Source: a virus
Virus record (IMG/VR): IMGVR_UViG_3300047174_000111
Span: 32,572-96,571 of that record
DNA length: 64,000 nucleotides
Strand: one strand, 5' to 3'
How positions within the stretch are numbered: the stretch's first letter is position 1; every line of letters begins with the position of its first letter. The notes under the pieces were generated by a model. It was not told the origin of the DNA. It made no database searches and saw only the letters and a program-made list of their open reading frames with translations. A program made the translations under genes and the position numbers. Below are positions 1 to 9,493 of the stretch, piece by piece.

Positions 1-93
1 AAGCCGGCAAAATCGCCGGCGACCCGCATCCTCCTCTGTATGCGGGTTTCGAACCGGAGTCACATAAAAATGTGACTCCGGTGTGTTTCTGGG

Positions 94-561
94 TCAGGCC
101 GCGAGCTGCTCGCGCGGCTGCGGCATGATCTTGCGTGCTTTCATGACGCGGAACGTGACCGGGAAGCTGATCTCGACCCGGTCCGGGTTCAGGACAAGGG
201 CCGGATCGATCTCCCCGGCCGCGACAGGCGGCACACCGGGCTGGGTCGAGAGCGCGATGTGCAGCAGCACACCATCGGGCCGGTGCGTGCGGTGGCCGAT
301 CTTGACCACCAACGCCTCGTGCAGCCTCAGATTGTTCTGGTGCAGCCCGACCACGTCGCAGGTCAGCATTTCGGCCTGATCCTGCCCCGCTTCCCGCCCA
401 GGATAAACGGCCTCGTCCTCGGCACAGTCGTAGACCCACAGAATCTGCCTGCAGTAGACAAATCCGAGTGTCGGCCGATAAATCCGGAGAAGGTTTCCCC
501 GGATGTGGTCGTTTATCTCGGCCGCGATCATGTATTTGTTTGAACTCATGAACCTCTCCAT
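94..561 (-). CDS. hypothetical protein
   Basis: 155-aa ORF leaving an AT-rich intergenic region, divergent from the replication gene; no family recognised. Confidence 0.55.
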   Translation of the reverse strand: MERFMSSNKYMIAAEINDHIRGNLLRIYRPTLGFVYCRQILWVYDCAEDEAVYPGREAGQDQAEMLTCDVVGLHQNNLRLHEALVVKIGHRTHRPDGVLLHIALSTQPGVPPVAAGEIDPALVLNPDRVEISFPVTFRVMKARKIMPQPREQLAA

Positions 562-573
562 TTTCTAGGATTA

Positions 574-603
574 GGGCATAATGCCCCTTTAACTATATAG
601 TTA
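574..603. promoter_or_regulatory. palindromic operator-like sites in divergent promoter region
   Basis: GGGCAT-A-ATGCCC (574-586) and perfect palindrome TAACTATATAGTTA (590-603) in an AT-rich gap. Confidence 0.45.
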
Positions 604-875
604 CTTGAGTGGCACAATTCAATACGTCAAAGCGCATTCGTATGGCGTCGATGGGTTGTAATCGACTCACCTAGGCCTTTTCGATGTTGCGTGGATTGTG
701 GTGTTCAGGCTCAGATGGGTGGCCCGGAGGGAGTAGGATCCCTCCGGGCCGTCTGCGGCGTTTCCGGGGCCGGCGCCGCAGTATGCACCGAGCCGAATGG
801 GCCCAAGATAGCGGAGAACCGTGTCTTGGCACAACATCATTATGTCGTGAGTGGGGTAAAAACCCCAACAGAACC

Positions 876-1931
876 GTGAGCGGCAAGGAGTCGGCGCCAA
901 GTCTCGCGTCTCTGCCCTGGATGAAGTGGCGCTGGGACTTTGCGTCTGGGCCCGTGTTTCGCGGTCTGAGCCGAGCCGCCAAGGGGCTGTACATCGATTT
1001 GATCGGCCTGATGCGCACCGGGGACTCCTATGGAAGGCTGATCTTCAACGGACGGCCGCCTTCGGCCGTCTGGCTGCAGCGCAACCTGGGTGATCCTGCC
1101 GAGACACTGCGCGCGCTGACCAAGGAGCTGATCGACGCCGGGATGCTCGCCCGCGAGACAGACACGAACATCCTCTACTCGCCGCAGATGGTGAACGAAG
1201 AGGCCGCGTACACGAAGGGCCGAGCCGACGGCGCCTTGGGGGGAAACCCGGCATTGAAAAACCCCCCGAAGCGGCGCCAAAGATCACGAAAAGTGGCACG
1301 AAAGGCGCCAGCCAGTGGCCAGGCCCAGGCACCTCTTATGGCCGAAAAACCCATAACAAATCAATTGGTTGAGGGGGGGTTAACCACTGGGTTAACCCTA
1401 GATCTAGATCTAGATAGAGATTCAGAGAAGAAGGGATCTCCTTCGGAGATCCTTGTCCGTCAGGCGTCGCAAGACGACGCCCGCCGGACGTGTGAGGATC
1501 CGCGTTTCGATGCTGACCCCGGGACGGACGTGACGACGGCTGCGAACGTCGTGGCGCTTCCTTCCCGTGCCTCGGAGCAGATCGACCGGGCCGTGGCGAT
1601 GTGGAACGACCTGGCCGAACGAATCGACCTGCGAAAGTGCCGCATCGTCAGCGCGCCACGCCGAAGGCAGCTTCTGCTGCGCCTCAAGGAGGCCGGCGGT
1701 ATCAACGGGTGGGCCCACGCTCTTCAACAGGTCGAGGCGAGCGAGTTCCTCCGCGGCGGCGGCTCAAGTGGATGGCGCGCCGACTTCGACTTCATGCTCC
1801 AGGCCAAATCCTTCGCCAAAGTCATGGAGGGGTCCTATGCGCGAATGCATAGCGACCAGAAAGAAAGCAAATACCATTTCCTCACGGAAATGCTGGCCGA
1901 TGAAGTCGAATATCAAGGAAAACATGGATGA
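876..1931 (+). CDS. phage replication initiator (O-like / replisome organiser)
   Basis: N-terminal wHTH-type segment (PWMKW..LSRAAKGLYIDLI..LM), low-complexity linker, C-terminal WN..FL.G...W.ADFDF.L.....KV.EG.Y; GTG start at 876 inferred. Confidence 0.75.
   Translation: MSGKESAPSLASLPWMKWRWDFASGPVFRGLSRAAKGLYIDLIGLMRTGDSYGRLIFNGRPPSAVWLQRNLGDPAETLRALTKELIDAGMLARETDTNILYSPQMVNEEAAYTKGRADGALGGNPALKNPPKRRQRSRKVARKAPASGQAQAPLMAEKPITNQLVEGGLTTGLTLDLDLDRDSEKKGSPSEILVRQASQDDARRTCEDPRFDADPGTDVTTAANVVALPSRASEQIDRAVAMWNDLAERIDLRKCRIVSAPRRRQLLLRLKEAGGINGWAHALQQVEASEFLRGGGSSGWRADFDFMLQAKSFAKVMEGSYARMHSDQKESKYHFLTEMLADEVEYQGKHG
1345..1454. other. candidate replication origin inside initiator gene
   Basis: AT-rich patch, two GGTTAACC palindromes, TAGATC tandem, GGATCTCC-TTC-GGAGATCC hairpin; lambdoid origins lie in the initiator linker. 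Confidence 0.5.
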
Positions 1932-2728
1932 ATGATTTGTCGAATGTAGGCCGTGGTACGCTGCCCGCTCCTCTGTCACCGAATATGTCCGAAAAACTTA
2001 ATCGGATACTGGCGACATATTATAACGAGGCTGCAGTTGTTTTTGTGGTGGAGGAGACTGTTCGCGCCGAGGCGCGCGGCCTGATCGCGCTCTACGACAG
2101 CGCGCTCAACGAGCCCGCCACGCTCGACGTCGTGCGTCGCTGGTTGGCGCGGATCACCGCTGCCGTGAAGTTCATGCCCGACAAGGAGGGCATGACACAC
2201 CGCGCCCTGGCGATCGCCCAGGTCTGTGAGGGCCGTGTCCCGCTCTGCGCGTTCAACACCGAAACGCAGACCGCGGCCATGGCGAGGTTCAAGGACTTCC
2301 CCTCGGCGGCCGAGGTGCTGGAGCTGCTTTCGGACGCCACTGCCGTCCTGCGCCTGCGCCGGCGCGCGCTGGAGGGTGTGTCGCAGGGCAAGAGCTGCAT
2401 GTTTCAGCCCGCAGCCGTGCCGGAGCCGCCAGCGATGACGCCGGAGCAGCGGGCCGCTGCCAGCGAGCTGATGCGCGCGCTCTTTGGGAACATGGGCGTC
2501 GGCCTCGAGATCTCGCCGGGCGGATCGGCTTCGCCATCTCCCCGCGTCGATCCGGGCCGGCAACGCAACCCGCCGATCGGCGCCGAGCTGCGCCCCGAGC
2601 ATCTCATCACCGTCTGGGCCGCGCATGAGCACAGCCCGAATCCCGAGATCCGTGCCGTGGCGAAAGTCAGGCTGGCGGCTCTGCGCGCCAAGCTCCCGGC
2701 GGGAAGTGGTGCGGGGGATGACACGTAA
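1928..2728 (+). CDS. putative helicase loader/inhibitor (G39P/P-like)
   Basis: ATGA-coupled to initiator; FKDFPSAAEV motif. Confidence 0.5.
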   Translation: MNDLSNVGRGTLPAPLSPNMSEKLNRILATYYNEAAVVFVVEETVRAEARGLIALYDSALNEPATLDVVRRWLARITAAVKFMPDKEGMTHRALAIAQVCEGRVPLCAFNTETQTAAMARFKDFPSAAEVLELLSDATAVLRLRRRALEGVSQGKSCMFQPAAVPEPPAMTPEQRAAASELMRALFGNMGVGLEISPGGSASPSPRVDPGRQRNPPIGAELRPEHLITVWAAHEHSPNPEIRAVAKVRLAALRAKLPAGSGAGDDT

Positions 2729-2963
2729 CCGCATCCAGCGGAGCAGGGGCGGTGTGGATGGCGCCTGCAACGGCAAGCACCGGTTCGACCGAGCCGCGGA
2801 CGCTCTGGCCGTCGTGCGGCGCGGTCGCGCGTCACACAGGCGCTACATCTGCTACCTCTGTCAGCACTGCGGTGGCTATCACCTCAGCCAGCCCGGCGGT
2901 CGCCTAAAGCGTCTGGAGGCGTCCCGCCACAAGCCCGACTGGCTGGCTCAGCTGGAGGATTGA
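2718..2963 (+). CDS. small zinc-finger protein
   Basis: CNGKHRF...YLCQHCGGYHL. Confidence 0.6.
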   Translation: MTRNRIQRSRGGVDGACNGKHRFDRAADALAVVRRGRASHRRYICYLCQHCGGYHLSQPGGRLKRLEASRHKPDWLAQLED

Positions 2964-3472
2964 AACGCAGCCGGCGCCCGTGGCGCGGCGATGCCGGGTC
3001 CCCACGGCCGGAAGCGCAACCGGATGCCGCGGGCCTCGAGCAGGTCGGCATATTCCTCCTGGCTCGAGAAGACGTGGTGATGGTGCTGGAGGTGGCGCAC
3101 CGCCGCGCCAAAGCGCAGCTGCTGCGGCGACTGCCGCCCGGCCCTGCGCCGCTTCTGGCCCAGCAGGAGTGGCGCGCCGATCTCGGCCGGCCGCTTCAGC
3201 TCGATCAGGTCGGTGCACGGCCCCGCGGTGAGCAGGATCAGGTCGACCGCACCGGGCAGAACGCCCAGGCCGTAGGGACGAAGCCGGTCGGCTTCGGGGA
3301 GCTGTTCGCGATCCTCGGCCGAGATGCCGACCAAACGGGCCGCCGTGACGCGATCGCGCTTTTCGCCGTTCGGGACGGCGAACAGGATCGCGCTGGCCGC
3401 ATCGATCACCGCCACTGCATGGAAGTCAACGATGCTCGATTGGAGCTGGTCCTCGATCCGGGATCGGGGCAT
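2948..3472 (-). CDS. VRR-NUC family nuclease / Holliday junction resolvase
   Basis: EDQLQ..FAVPNG..GVLPGAVDL..IELK..GRQSPQQ..F, PD-(D/E)xK pattern. Confidence 0.8.
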   Translation of the reverse strand: MPRSRIEDQLQSSIVDFHAVAVIDAASAILFAVPNGEKRDRVTAARLVGISAEDREQLPEADRLRPYGLGVLPGAVDLILLTAGPCTDLIELKRPAEIGAPLLLGQKRRRAGRQSPQQLRFGAAVRHLQHHHHVFSSQEEYADLLEARGIRLRFRPWGPGIAAPRAPAAFQSSS

Positions 3473-3484
3473 CAGGGCGATGCG

Positions 3485-3721
3485 TCATGTAACAGCACAG
3501 TTGGATGTGGCATTTTGGTGGTTCGTGGAAGGATGGGTGACGCCGAGTGCCGTCTGGAGCGCTCTGATTGTTCGCGCTCCAGGCCGAAACGCCGGTCTCC
3601 CAAATTTGGCGAGCGTGTTCGGGTGCAGCCCGGCGCGACGCGCCAGTTCCGCGCGCGACATGCCGCTGCGCCGCCACCGCTTATGGAGAGTGAGGATCAA
3701 ATCATCGAGCGTCTCGGTCAT
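3485..3721 (-). CDS. Cro/XRE-family HTH regulator
   Basis: GMSRAELARRAGLHPNTL..P...TIRAL. Confidence 0.75.
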   Translation of the reverse strand: MTETLDDLILTLHKRWRRSGMSRAELARRAGLHPNTLAKFGRPAFRPGARTIRALQTALGVTHPSTNHQNATSNCAVT

Positions 3722-3923
3722 GACACACCATCGCCACATCCTGGTGTGGTCAGCAAGCACATAAGGCGCACAGGATCTGAAATCCAGATCGACCCATCCC
3801 GACTACCAGTCGCCCACGCAGATCCCGTGGCCCTGGAACCGCAAGCCCTGGAAGGCCGGAGAGGCGCGACACACCATTCGCGGCATCGTGACTCACGCCA
3901 TCGTGCCGCAGCGCTGAAACGCG

Positions 3924-3958
3924 AAAAGCCCCAGCGACCGCGAGGGGCGCTGGGGCTT
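3924..3958 (-). terminator. intrinsic terminator
   Basis: AAGCCCCAGCG/CGCTGGGGCTT stem with U tract on minus strand just after the 3967 stop. Confidence 0.65.
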
Positions 3959-3966
3959 GTCGTGTG

Positions 3967-4356
3967 TCAGTCGGCGATCTGCCGGGTCGGGGATGCCGGG
4001 TTGTGGCAGCCGTAGGCCGCGTCGATGTCGGCCGGCGTCATCTCGGTGACGACGGCGCGCGGCTCGGTCGTGAGCCGAAGCGCACCGAGCCATTCGGCGG
4101 CATCGCACACGGCGGGGATCGCGACGCGGGCTGCGTAATAGACGCCCACCGCGAGCCCGGCGCCGAGCGCCAGGCCGCCGAGGACCGCGACCGCCGGGGT
4201 CACGGTGATGCCGGCGACGACCAGCGCATCTGCGGCGAGGAATTCGCCCAGCGCGGAGCTGGCTACGAATCCACCGGCGGCAGCCGCACTGCTGCGCGTG
4301 AACTGCGAAACGCTTTCGATGGCGTTGTACGGCAGATCGTTGAGCATGTTGGACAT
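3967..4356 (-). CDS. small Gly/Ala-rich membrane protein (paralog A)
   Basis: AAGGAG RBS; 129 aa; long hydrophobic glycine-rich stretch. Confidence 0.7.
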   Translation of the reverse strand: MSNMLNDLPYNAIESVSQFTRSSAAAAGGFVASSALGEFLAADALVVAGITVTPAVAVLGGLALGAGLAVGVYYAARVAIPAVCDAAEWLGALRLTTEPRAVVTEMTPADIDAAYGCHNPASPTRQIAD

Positions 4357-4496
4357 GGGGTAACTCCTTGGTGATGAAAGTGATGTTGGTGCCGATTGAT
4401 CAACGGTTCGGCGCCGTTCGGGGAGCGTGTTGCTCGTCAGGCCTGGGATTTCACCAAGCGACCGGCCGGCCCCTTTCGAGGCGCAGCAGGTTTCGA

Positions 4497-4886
4497 TCAG
4501 GCCGCGACCAGGTCGCGCTCGGCGAGGTCCAGCGCCTCGCAGGAGGTTGGCCGGAATTCGTGGCGACGCGGTGTGGCTATGATCTTGATATCGTCAGGCG
4601 CTCTCTGCTCGACGGGCGCCGTGAGGACTTCGACGGCTTCAGGGTCCGATCCGCCGAACTGGCGGCAGACCCAGCCATAGGCATCGCTGACCGGGTCAGC
4701 AGCCTGTTCGACTCCGTACGCGATGCCAGCGCCCGCGAGGGCGACGGTACCGACGACGACCCCGCCGAGGATGAGGACGGGGGCCAGCTCGGTGACCAAA
4801 GCGGCCGCACCGAGCGCCGTGCTCGCTGCGGTTACCACGGAGAACGCGCCGAAGGCGAACTTGGCGGCATTTTCGGAAACGGACAT
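4497..4886 (-). CDS. small Gly/Ala-rich membrane protein (paralog B)
   Basis: AAGGGAG RBS; 129 aa from ATG at 4886; same layout as paralog A. Confidence 0.7.
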   Translation of the reverse strand: MSVSENAAKFAFGAFSVVTAASTALGAAALVTELAPVLILGGVVVGTVALAGAGIAYGVEQAADPVSDAYGWVCRQFGGSDPEAVEVLTAPVEQRAPDDIKIIATPRRHEFRPTSCEALDLAERDLVAA

Positions 4887-5339
4887 TGGGGTGTCTCCCT
4901 TTTCAAGCATGCGTTGATGCATGCGACCGCGGAGTGATGCGGTTTCGGCAAGGCGATTGCGCGGCCACCGGTCCCCGGTCGGAATTGCCGGCATGGTGGA
5001 GCCGATCCGACAGCTGGTAATTCCCCAGTGTGGTAGGCAAGTCATGGGACGCCGAGGCGCAATCGGTAGGCACTTCGTTGGGCCAGCTGCATGGGCGCTG
5101 TCGCCGCAGCTACATTTCGGCAAGGCTAGACAAAGCGTAGGCACGTCGATCACACGGCCGCCGGTCCAGGGGCGGCATGAGCGGCTTTGGCGAGGCTCGC
5201 CGCAGGCTCTCATGAATTGTGGCCTCGAAGCGTCGCGGGACGCCGCGGTGTGATCGTGAGGCAATCCGGCGATTGACAGGCGCCGCGGACCTAAACATCC
5301 CGGTCGGGTATGGTTTGTCGGGCATCGATCCGTCGATCG

Positions 5340-5430
5340 TATCACTAAGATAGTATCTCGTGTCACGTATTCAAGTGTTTTCGCAATGAAAACATCAATA
5401 AATACTTGGTTTTGTGTGGTTTTATTGTCC
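5340..5430. promoter_or_regulatory. AT-rich divergent control region with inverted repeat
   Basis: TGTTTTC-GCAAT-GAAAACA (5376-5394) in a ~790-bp gap between divergent genes. Confidence 0.45.
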
Positions 5431-5678
5431 TGGACCTCTCCAGCGGCACGCCCCTGTCGCGGAACATCGGTTCGCGGTTGGGCCATGAGGCAATGGGGCG
5501 GGCGGGTGGAACGTCGCGCCGAGGCTCGCTGACAGCCCCTGTCGGGGTTCGCCCGGGCGCGTCCGTGGCAGGACACGGGTCGATCACGCGATGTGCGAAC
5601 CGTGTGGTTGACGGTTGCATGAACACATCGCAATGTGCTTACAATACATGGGAGCGATTGAACCATTTTCAAGGCAGA

Positions 5679-6647
5679 ATGATGACCCACGTCAAGCCTG
5701 CGTCCGAACGGCTCGATCTCTTCGTCGAGTCCCGCAGCCATCGGCTCGGGGTCTCCGAACTAAGCGACGGGCGGTACTACGTCTCGCTGCTCAGCGACCA
5801 CGAGAGCGCCGCCACGTCCAGTTTCACGCGGGAGGAACTCCTCAACTTCGCTTTGTCCCTGATGCGCGGGTTGCATGGGGTTTTTGCAGCGCTGATCCCG
5901 GCGCAGCCTGCCGCTGCGGGCCGAGTCGGCAGAAGCGACGGCGTCCAAGACGTGAGGGACGCATACCTCGCGCCTGCGGCGGAGCCGGTCGCGGCGCCGT
6001 CGCTGGATCCTGCGACGAAGGAAGGATCGGTCGGTCCCAGCTCGGGCCAGGCGGACCCGCTGACGGCGCTGGAGCTGCGCGTCAAGCTGCTGGAGGCCGG
6101 CAGGGACGAGATGGACCGGCAGGTGCACCGGATGAAGATGTTCGGCGACGAGCATCGCACCAAGCTGATCAGCGCGCTGGATCACCGCTGTCATTTGGTC
6201 GAAAAACAGCTTGGCGACAGCATCGACCAGCTCAAAGCGCGGGTCGTCGAGAACGAGGCCGCATTCGAGGGCCGCTTGAATGAACTTCGTTCACATTCGA
6301 CCGATCTCTATGCACGCATGGGACTCATAGATCCAAACACCAACGTGCGGCTCAAGTTGCAAATCGACACTCTGGCGAAAGAATTCGGCGCCCGTATTGA
6401 AACGTTGCAGCAGCATCAACACTCGCTGAGGGAGGCGGTCAACATGCAGGCCGCGTACGATCCTCATGACGTGGATGAGAAGATCTCCGACGCCGACCGT
6501 CGGCTTACTAAGGTCATCCTGTTGCTGGAGAAACGTGTGGAGGCTCTTGAAGCGCCCCGGCGAAATCGGCCAATGACGCCGGCCGAGTATTTTGAGGCGC
6601 GGCGCGACGCGGCGGATGCCGTGATCAGCGCGAAGGCGCCACGCTGA
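5679..6647 (+). CDS. coiled-coil hypothetical protein
   Basis: heptad-rich C-terminal half; start inferred at ATG 5679. Confidence 0.65.
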   Translation: MMTHVKPASERLDLFVESRSHRLGVSELSDGRYYVSLLSDHESAATSSFTREELLNFALSLMRGLHGVFAALIPAQPAAAGRVGRSDGVQDVRDAYLAPAAEPVAAPSLDPATKEGSVGPSSGQADPLTALELRVKLLEAGRDEMDRQVHRMKMFGDEHRTKLISALDHRCHLVEKQLGDSIDQLKARVVENEAAFEGRLNELRSHSTDLYARMGLIDPNTNVRLKLQIDTLAKEFGARIETLQQHQHSLREAVNMQAAYDPHDVDEKISDADRRLTKVILLLEKRVEALEAPRRNRPMTPAEYFEARRDAADAVISAKAPR

Positions 6648-6979
6648 TGGACCAAGCCGAGCCGATCCCGCTCAAGGTGCCACGCGACGCCCAGATCGTG
6701 GCAAGGATGCTGCGCCAGCACTGCGCCCACGGCGATAACATCAAGCTGCGCGCCGACCTCGCGATGTTCATCGCCGACCACATCGACTCGACCAGCCGCT
6801 GGATGCCGCGGCAAACCGTGATGTTATGGGTCGAGCTCATGCTTGTGCTGACGGCGCTGTTGGCACTCCTCGCTGTGGTCGGTGTCGGCAGCTGGATGGA
6901 GCTGCCCATCGTGTTGTGGCCGACCGTCGGTCCCTCGATCTTCCTCTACCGGACGCGCATCCGCCGCCTGCCTTGGTGA
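6647..6979 (+). CDS. small membrane protein
   Basis: two C-terminal hydrophobic helices; TGATG coupling. Confidence 0.6.
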   Translation: MDQAEPIPLKVPRDAQIVARMLRQHCAHGDNIKLRADLAMFIADHIDSTSRWMPRQTVMLWVELMLVLTALLALLAVVGVGSWMELPIVLWPTVGPSIFLYRTRIRRLPW

Positions 6980-7027
6980 CGGACGCGACGACACTGAATC
7001 ATCGCTCGAAAATCCAAAGGAAATGAC

Positions 7028-7330
7028 ATGACCCCGACCTGGATCCTGTTGCTCGTGCTCTATGTGCAGCAACCCTCAACAGTCCGTATCCCAACCGACC
7101 CTATCAGCGGCGGCGCGGAATTCAGCATCCACGAAGGGACAGAAGGCCCCGCCCTCAATCTTAAAGCGACGCATTCGCCGATGCCGACCAAGATGACAGC
7201 CGTCGAGGCCGACAGCATCTGGAACCAGGCGACAGCTGTCCAGATCACTTTTCCGACGAAAGAAGGCTGCGACGCGGCGGCGAAAACCGCCGAAGCCCTC
7301 GGCAAAGGCGTCTGCCTCGAGATCAAATAG
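7028..7330 (+). CDS. small hypothetical protein, hydrophobic N-terminus
   Basis: AAGG RBS; F.TKEGC.AA...C motif seen in small phage proteins. Confidence 0.6.
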   Translation: MTPTWILLLVLYVQQPSTVRIPTDPISGGAEFSIHEGTEGPALNLKATHSPMPTKMTAVEADSIWNQATAVQITFPTKEGCDAAAKTAEALGKGVCLEIK

Positions 7331-7505
7331 GGCAGGGATGTCGACCGCCGACGCGGCGCCGCAAGGAGCGATGGCGATCCTGCTCTATGCGGCGCTGTTC
7401 CTCGTGCTGCGTGCGATCTCCGCCCGCCGCCGCAACCGCGCCGTCACAGCTCGCGCGACCACCAGATGATAGCGCCCACCGCATGTCAAAAACTGGTCAC
7501 CGACC

Positions 7506-7859
7506 ATGAGCGCCATGCTTCTACCCAAACCGACGCGTCACCGGTCTGAGGCGCATCGCAGCTACGTGGCTTCCCTTCCGTGCTGCGTCTGCACCATAAC
7601 GCCACAAGCGTCGGTGCCCGGTGAAGCGCTGAGCCAATGCGCGCACCTGGCGTTCGCCCAACCGCGCGCCCGCGGCCTGCGCGTCTCTGATGCATTCACA
7701 GTACCGATGTGCCCAAGCCACCATGCCGCTTTCGACGGATCGGGCAGCCAGCACTCCTGGTGGCGCGCGAGGGGGATCGACCCATTCGCCATCGCTGACC
7801 GCCTGTGGCGCGCCAGCATCGAGGCCGGCCGGGTCAAGGCCGAACGAGCCGCCGCATGA
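7506..7859 (+). CDS. DUF968/NinG-like His-Cys (HNH-like) protein
   Basis: SLPCCVC...AHL...SDAFTVPMCPSHH. Confidence 0.75.
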   Translation: MSAMLLPKPTRHRSEAHRSYVASLPCCVCTITPQASVPGEALSQCAHLAFAQPRARGLRVSDAFTVPMCPSHHAAFDGSGSQHSWWRARGIDPFAIADRLWRASIEAGRVKAERAAA

Positions 7860-8854
7860 TCCCAACGCCGCCGCCCAAGAAGCCCCGCCTCGCGCGCCGC
7901 GCTTCGCCTGCGCCGCCGCCCGCGACCGCCAAGCCGACGAAGGCAACGCGCGTCGCCGCGCCGGCCGAGGCGAAGGTCCATGAGGGCGAGATCATCCCGC
8001 CCGACCAGAACGAGCAGCGCCTCGGGATCGACTGGAACGTCGTGCGGCAGGATTACGAGCGCACCTCGATCTCGATCCGCGAACTGGCGGCCCGGCACGG
8101 CCTGAAATCCGACAACAGCATCCGCCGCCGGATCGTGGCCGAGGGCTGGCGCCGTGACATCGAGGAGATAACCGCAGAGCTGGTTTCGGCCGGTGTGGCG
8201 CTCCCGAGCCACGTCACCGCGCACAATGCGGCCCGCGGCGCGCACAAGCATGCGCACCAAAATTCGCGTCGCAAATCAGGCGCTTCCGCGGCGCGCACCG
8301 CTGATGATGCACCGCGCACGTCGGCGCGCACATCGCAATCGGATCGCACCGAGCGCCCGGCGCGGGGCGATCGAGTGCGCAGCACTGCCGACGAGGACGA
8401 CCGCGGACTTCGGACCGCAAAGGGTCTGGCCGACATTCACCAGCGCTCGATCCGAAACCAGCTCGACGCCGCCGAGACGGCCCGGAACGCCGCGGTTCAC
8501 ATCCTGGATGGGATCGCCCGCTGCCTCACAGCGCCGGCCGGCAGCCAGGAGCTAGGCGAGGCGCGCGGTCGGCTGATGATGCTCTCGCCGGACAAGGACA
8601 CGATGAGCACTCTGTCGGTCTCCGCCATCAAGCTGCTGGAGGGCGCGGTGATCATCGAGCGCCGGGCGCTTGGCATGGACCGATCGCTTGGCCCGGGCGC
8701 GAACAACCCGCTCGGCACGGCGCAGGGCCAAGCCATCACTGAGGTCATGAAGCGCCTGCCCGCCGACATGCTGCTCAGGCTGCGCGGCGTGGCGCAGGAC
8801 ATCTCGCGCTTGCCAGCGCAGCCTGAGCATCCAGCGACACCGGAGGACGCATGA
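7856..8854 (+). CDS. terS: terminase small subunit (probable)
   Basis: IDWNVVRQDY..SIRELAARHG..IRRR...EGW.R HTH; upstream of TerL. Confidence 0.7.
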   Translation: MIPTPPPKKPRLARRASPAPPPATAKPTKATRVAAPAEAKVHEGEIIPPDQNEQRLGIDWNVVRQDYERTSISIRELAARHGLKSDNSIRRRIVAEGWRRDIEEITAELVSAGVALPSHVTAHNAARGAHKHAHQNSRRKSGASAARTADDAPRTSARTSQSDRTERPARGDRVRSTADEDDRGLRTAKGLADIHQRSIRNQLDAAETARNAAVHILDGIARCLTAPAGSQELGEARGRLMMLSPDKDTMSTLSVSAIKLLEGAVIIERRALGMDRSLGPGANNPLGTAQGQAITEVMKRLPADMLLRLRGVAQDISRLPAQPEHPATPEDA

Positions 8855-8882
8855 TGCGTAGGAACACGCGGGAACCGCGCAC

Positions 8883-9131
8883 GTGAGCGCGCTGGGCGAC
8901 GAGCTGCGGGAGCACCGCAAGCGTCTCGGGATCAGCCAGCGGGTCGCGGCGCAGCTGCTTGGCGTGGCGCCGCAGACGATCTGCTACGCCGAGACGGGCA
9001 AGCGCGAGCCGTACGCGCTGAACGCGCTGGTCGGCTATCTGCGGCTGCTCACCCAAGCACCGCCGCGTATCAGGGATGTCGAGATGGGCCGCGTCGTGCC
9101 GGCCGCAGACGATTGGGAGGCAACATCGTGA
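8883..9131 (+). CDS. XRE-family HTH protein
   Basis: LREHRKRLGISQRVAAQLLGVAPQTI...ETGKREP. Confidence 0.75.
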   Translation: MSALGDELREHRKRLGISQRVAAQLLGVAPQTICYAETGKREPYALNALVGYLRLLTQAPPRIRDVEMGRVVPAADDWEATS

Positions 9132-9334
9132 TCCCTACCACTGACAAGGACCTGGAATTGGTCTTCAACGTCATCGCGACGGCGTGCCCGGTCGGACAGC
9201 ATTTCTGCACGTCCACGCGGGCCGCATATCTCGGGTGCGGCTGCCTACGCACGGCCGAACGTGTTCTGAAAGCGCAGCAGGCCGCACGCGAGCAAGCCGC
9301 GGCTCTGCGCCGCCTCGTGGAGATCGGCGCATGA
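9128..9334 (+). CDS. hypothetical protein
   Basis: GTGA/ATGA coupling on both sides. Confidence 0.5.
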   Translation: MIPTTDKDLELVFNVIATACPVGQHFCTSTRAAYLGCGCLRTAERVLKAQQAAREQAAALRRLVEIGA

Positions 9335-9492
9335 GCCCGATCAACATCGTCCTGCTGGCTGGCGTGGTCTACCTGCTGTTCGTCGTCGGAATGGTGGACT
9401 GGTGCGAGTCCGCGCATCGGCGCCGCGAGCGCGTCACGTATCAGCGCAGCCGTGTCGTGGCCATGCTGCAGGACCTGCTGGCGGGCGACTGA
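9331..9492 (+). CDS. small single-TM protein
   Basis: MSPINIVLLAGVVYLLFVVG; coupled start. Confidence 0.5.
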   Translation: MSPINIVLLAGVVYLLFVVGMVDWCESAHRRRERVTYQRSRVVAMLQDLLAGD

Positions 9493-9493
9493 C

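Noticed and set aside
1380-1395. Possible CtrA box TTAA..TTAA in the origin region
   Set aside because: Spacer is 8 nt, not the 7 nt of the consensus
4887-5741. Upstream extensions of ORFs 4497-5741 and 5406-6647
   Set aside because: No protein-like composition; better starts at 4886 and 5679; region looks regulatory
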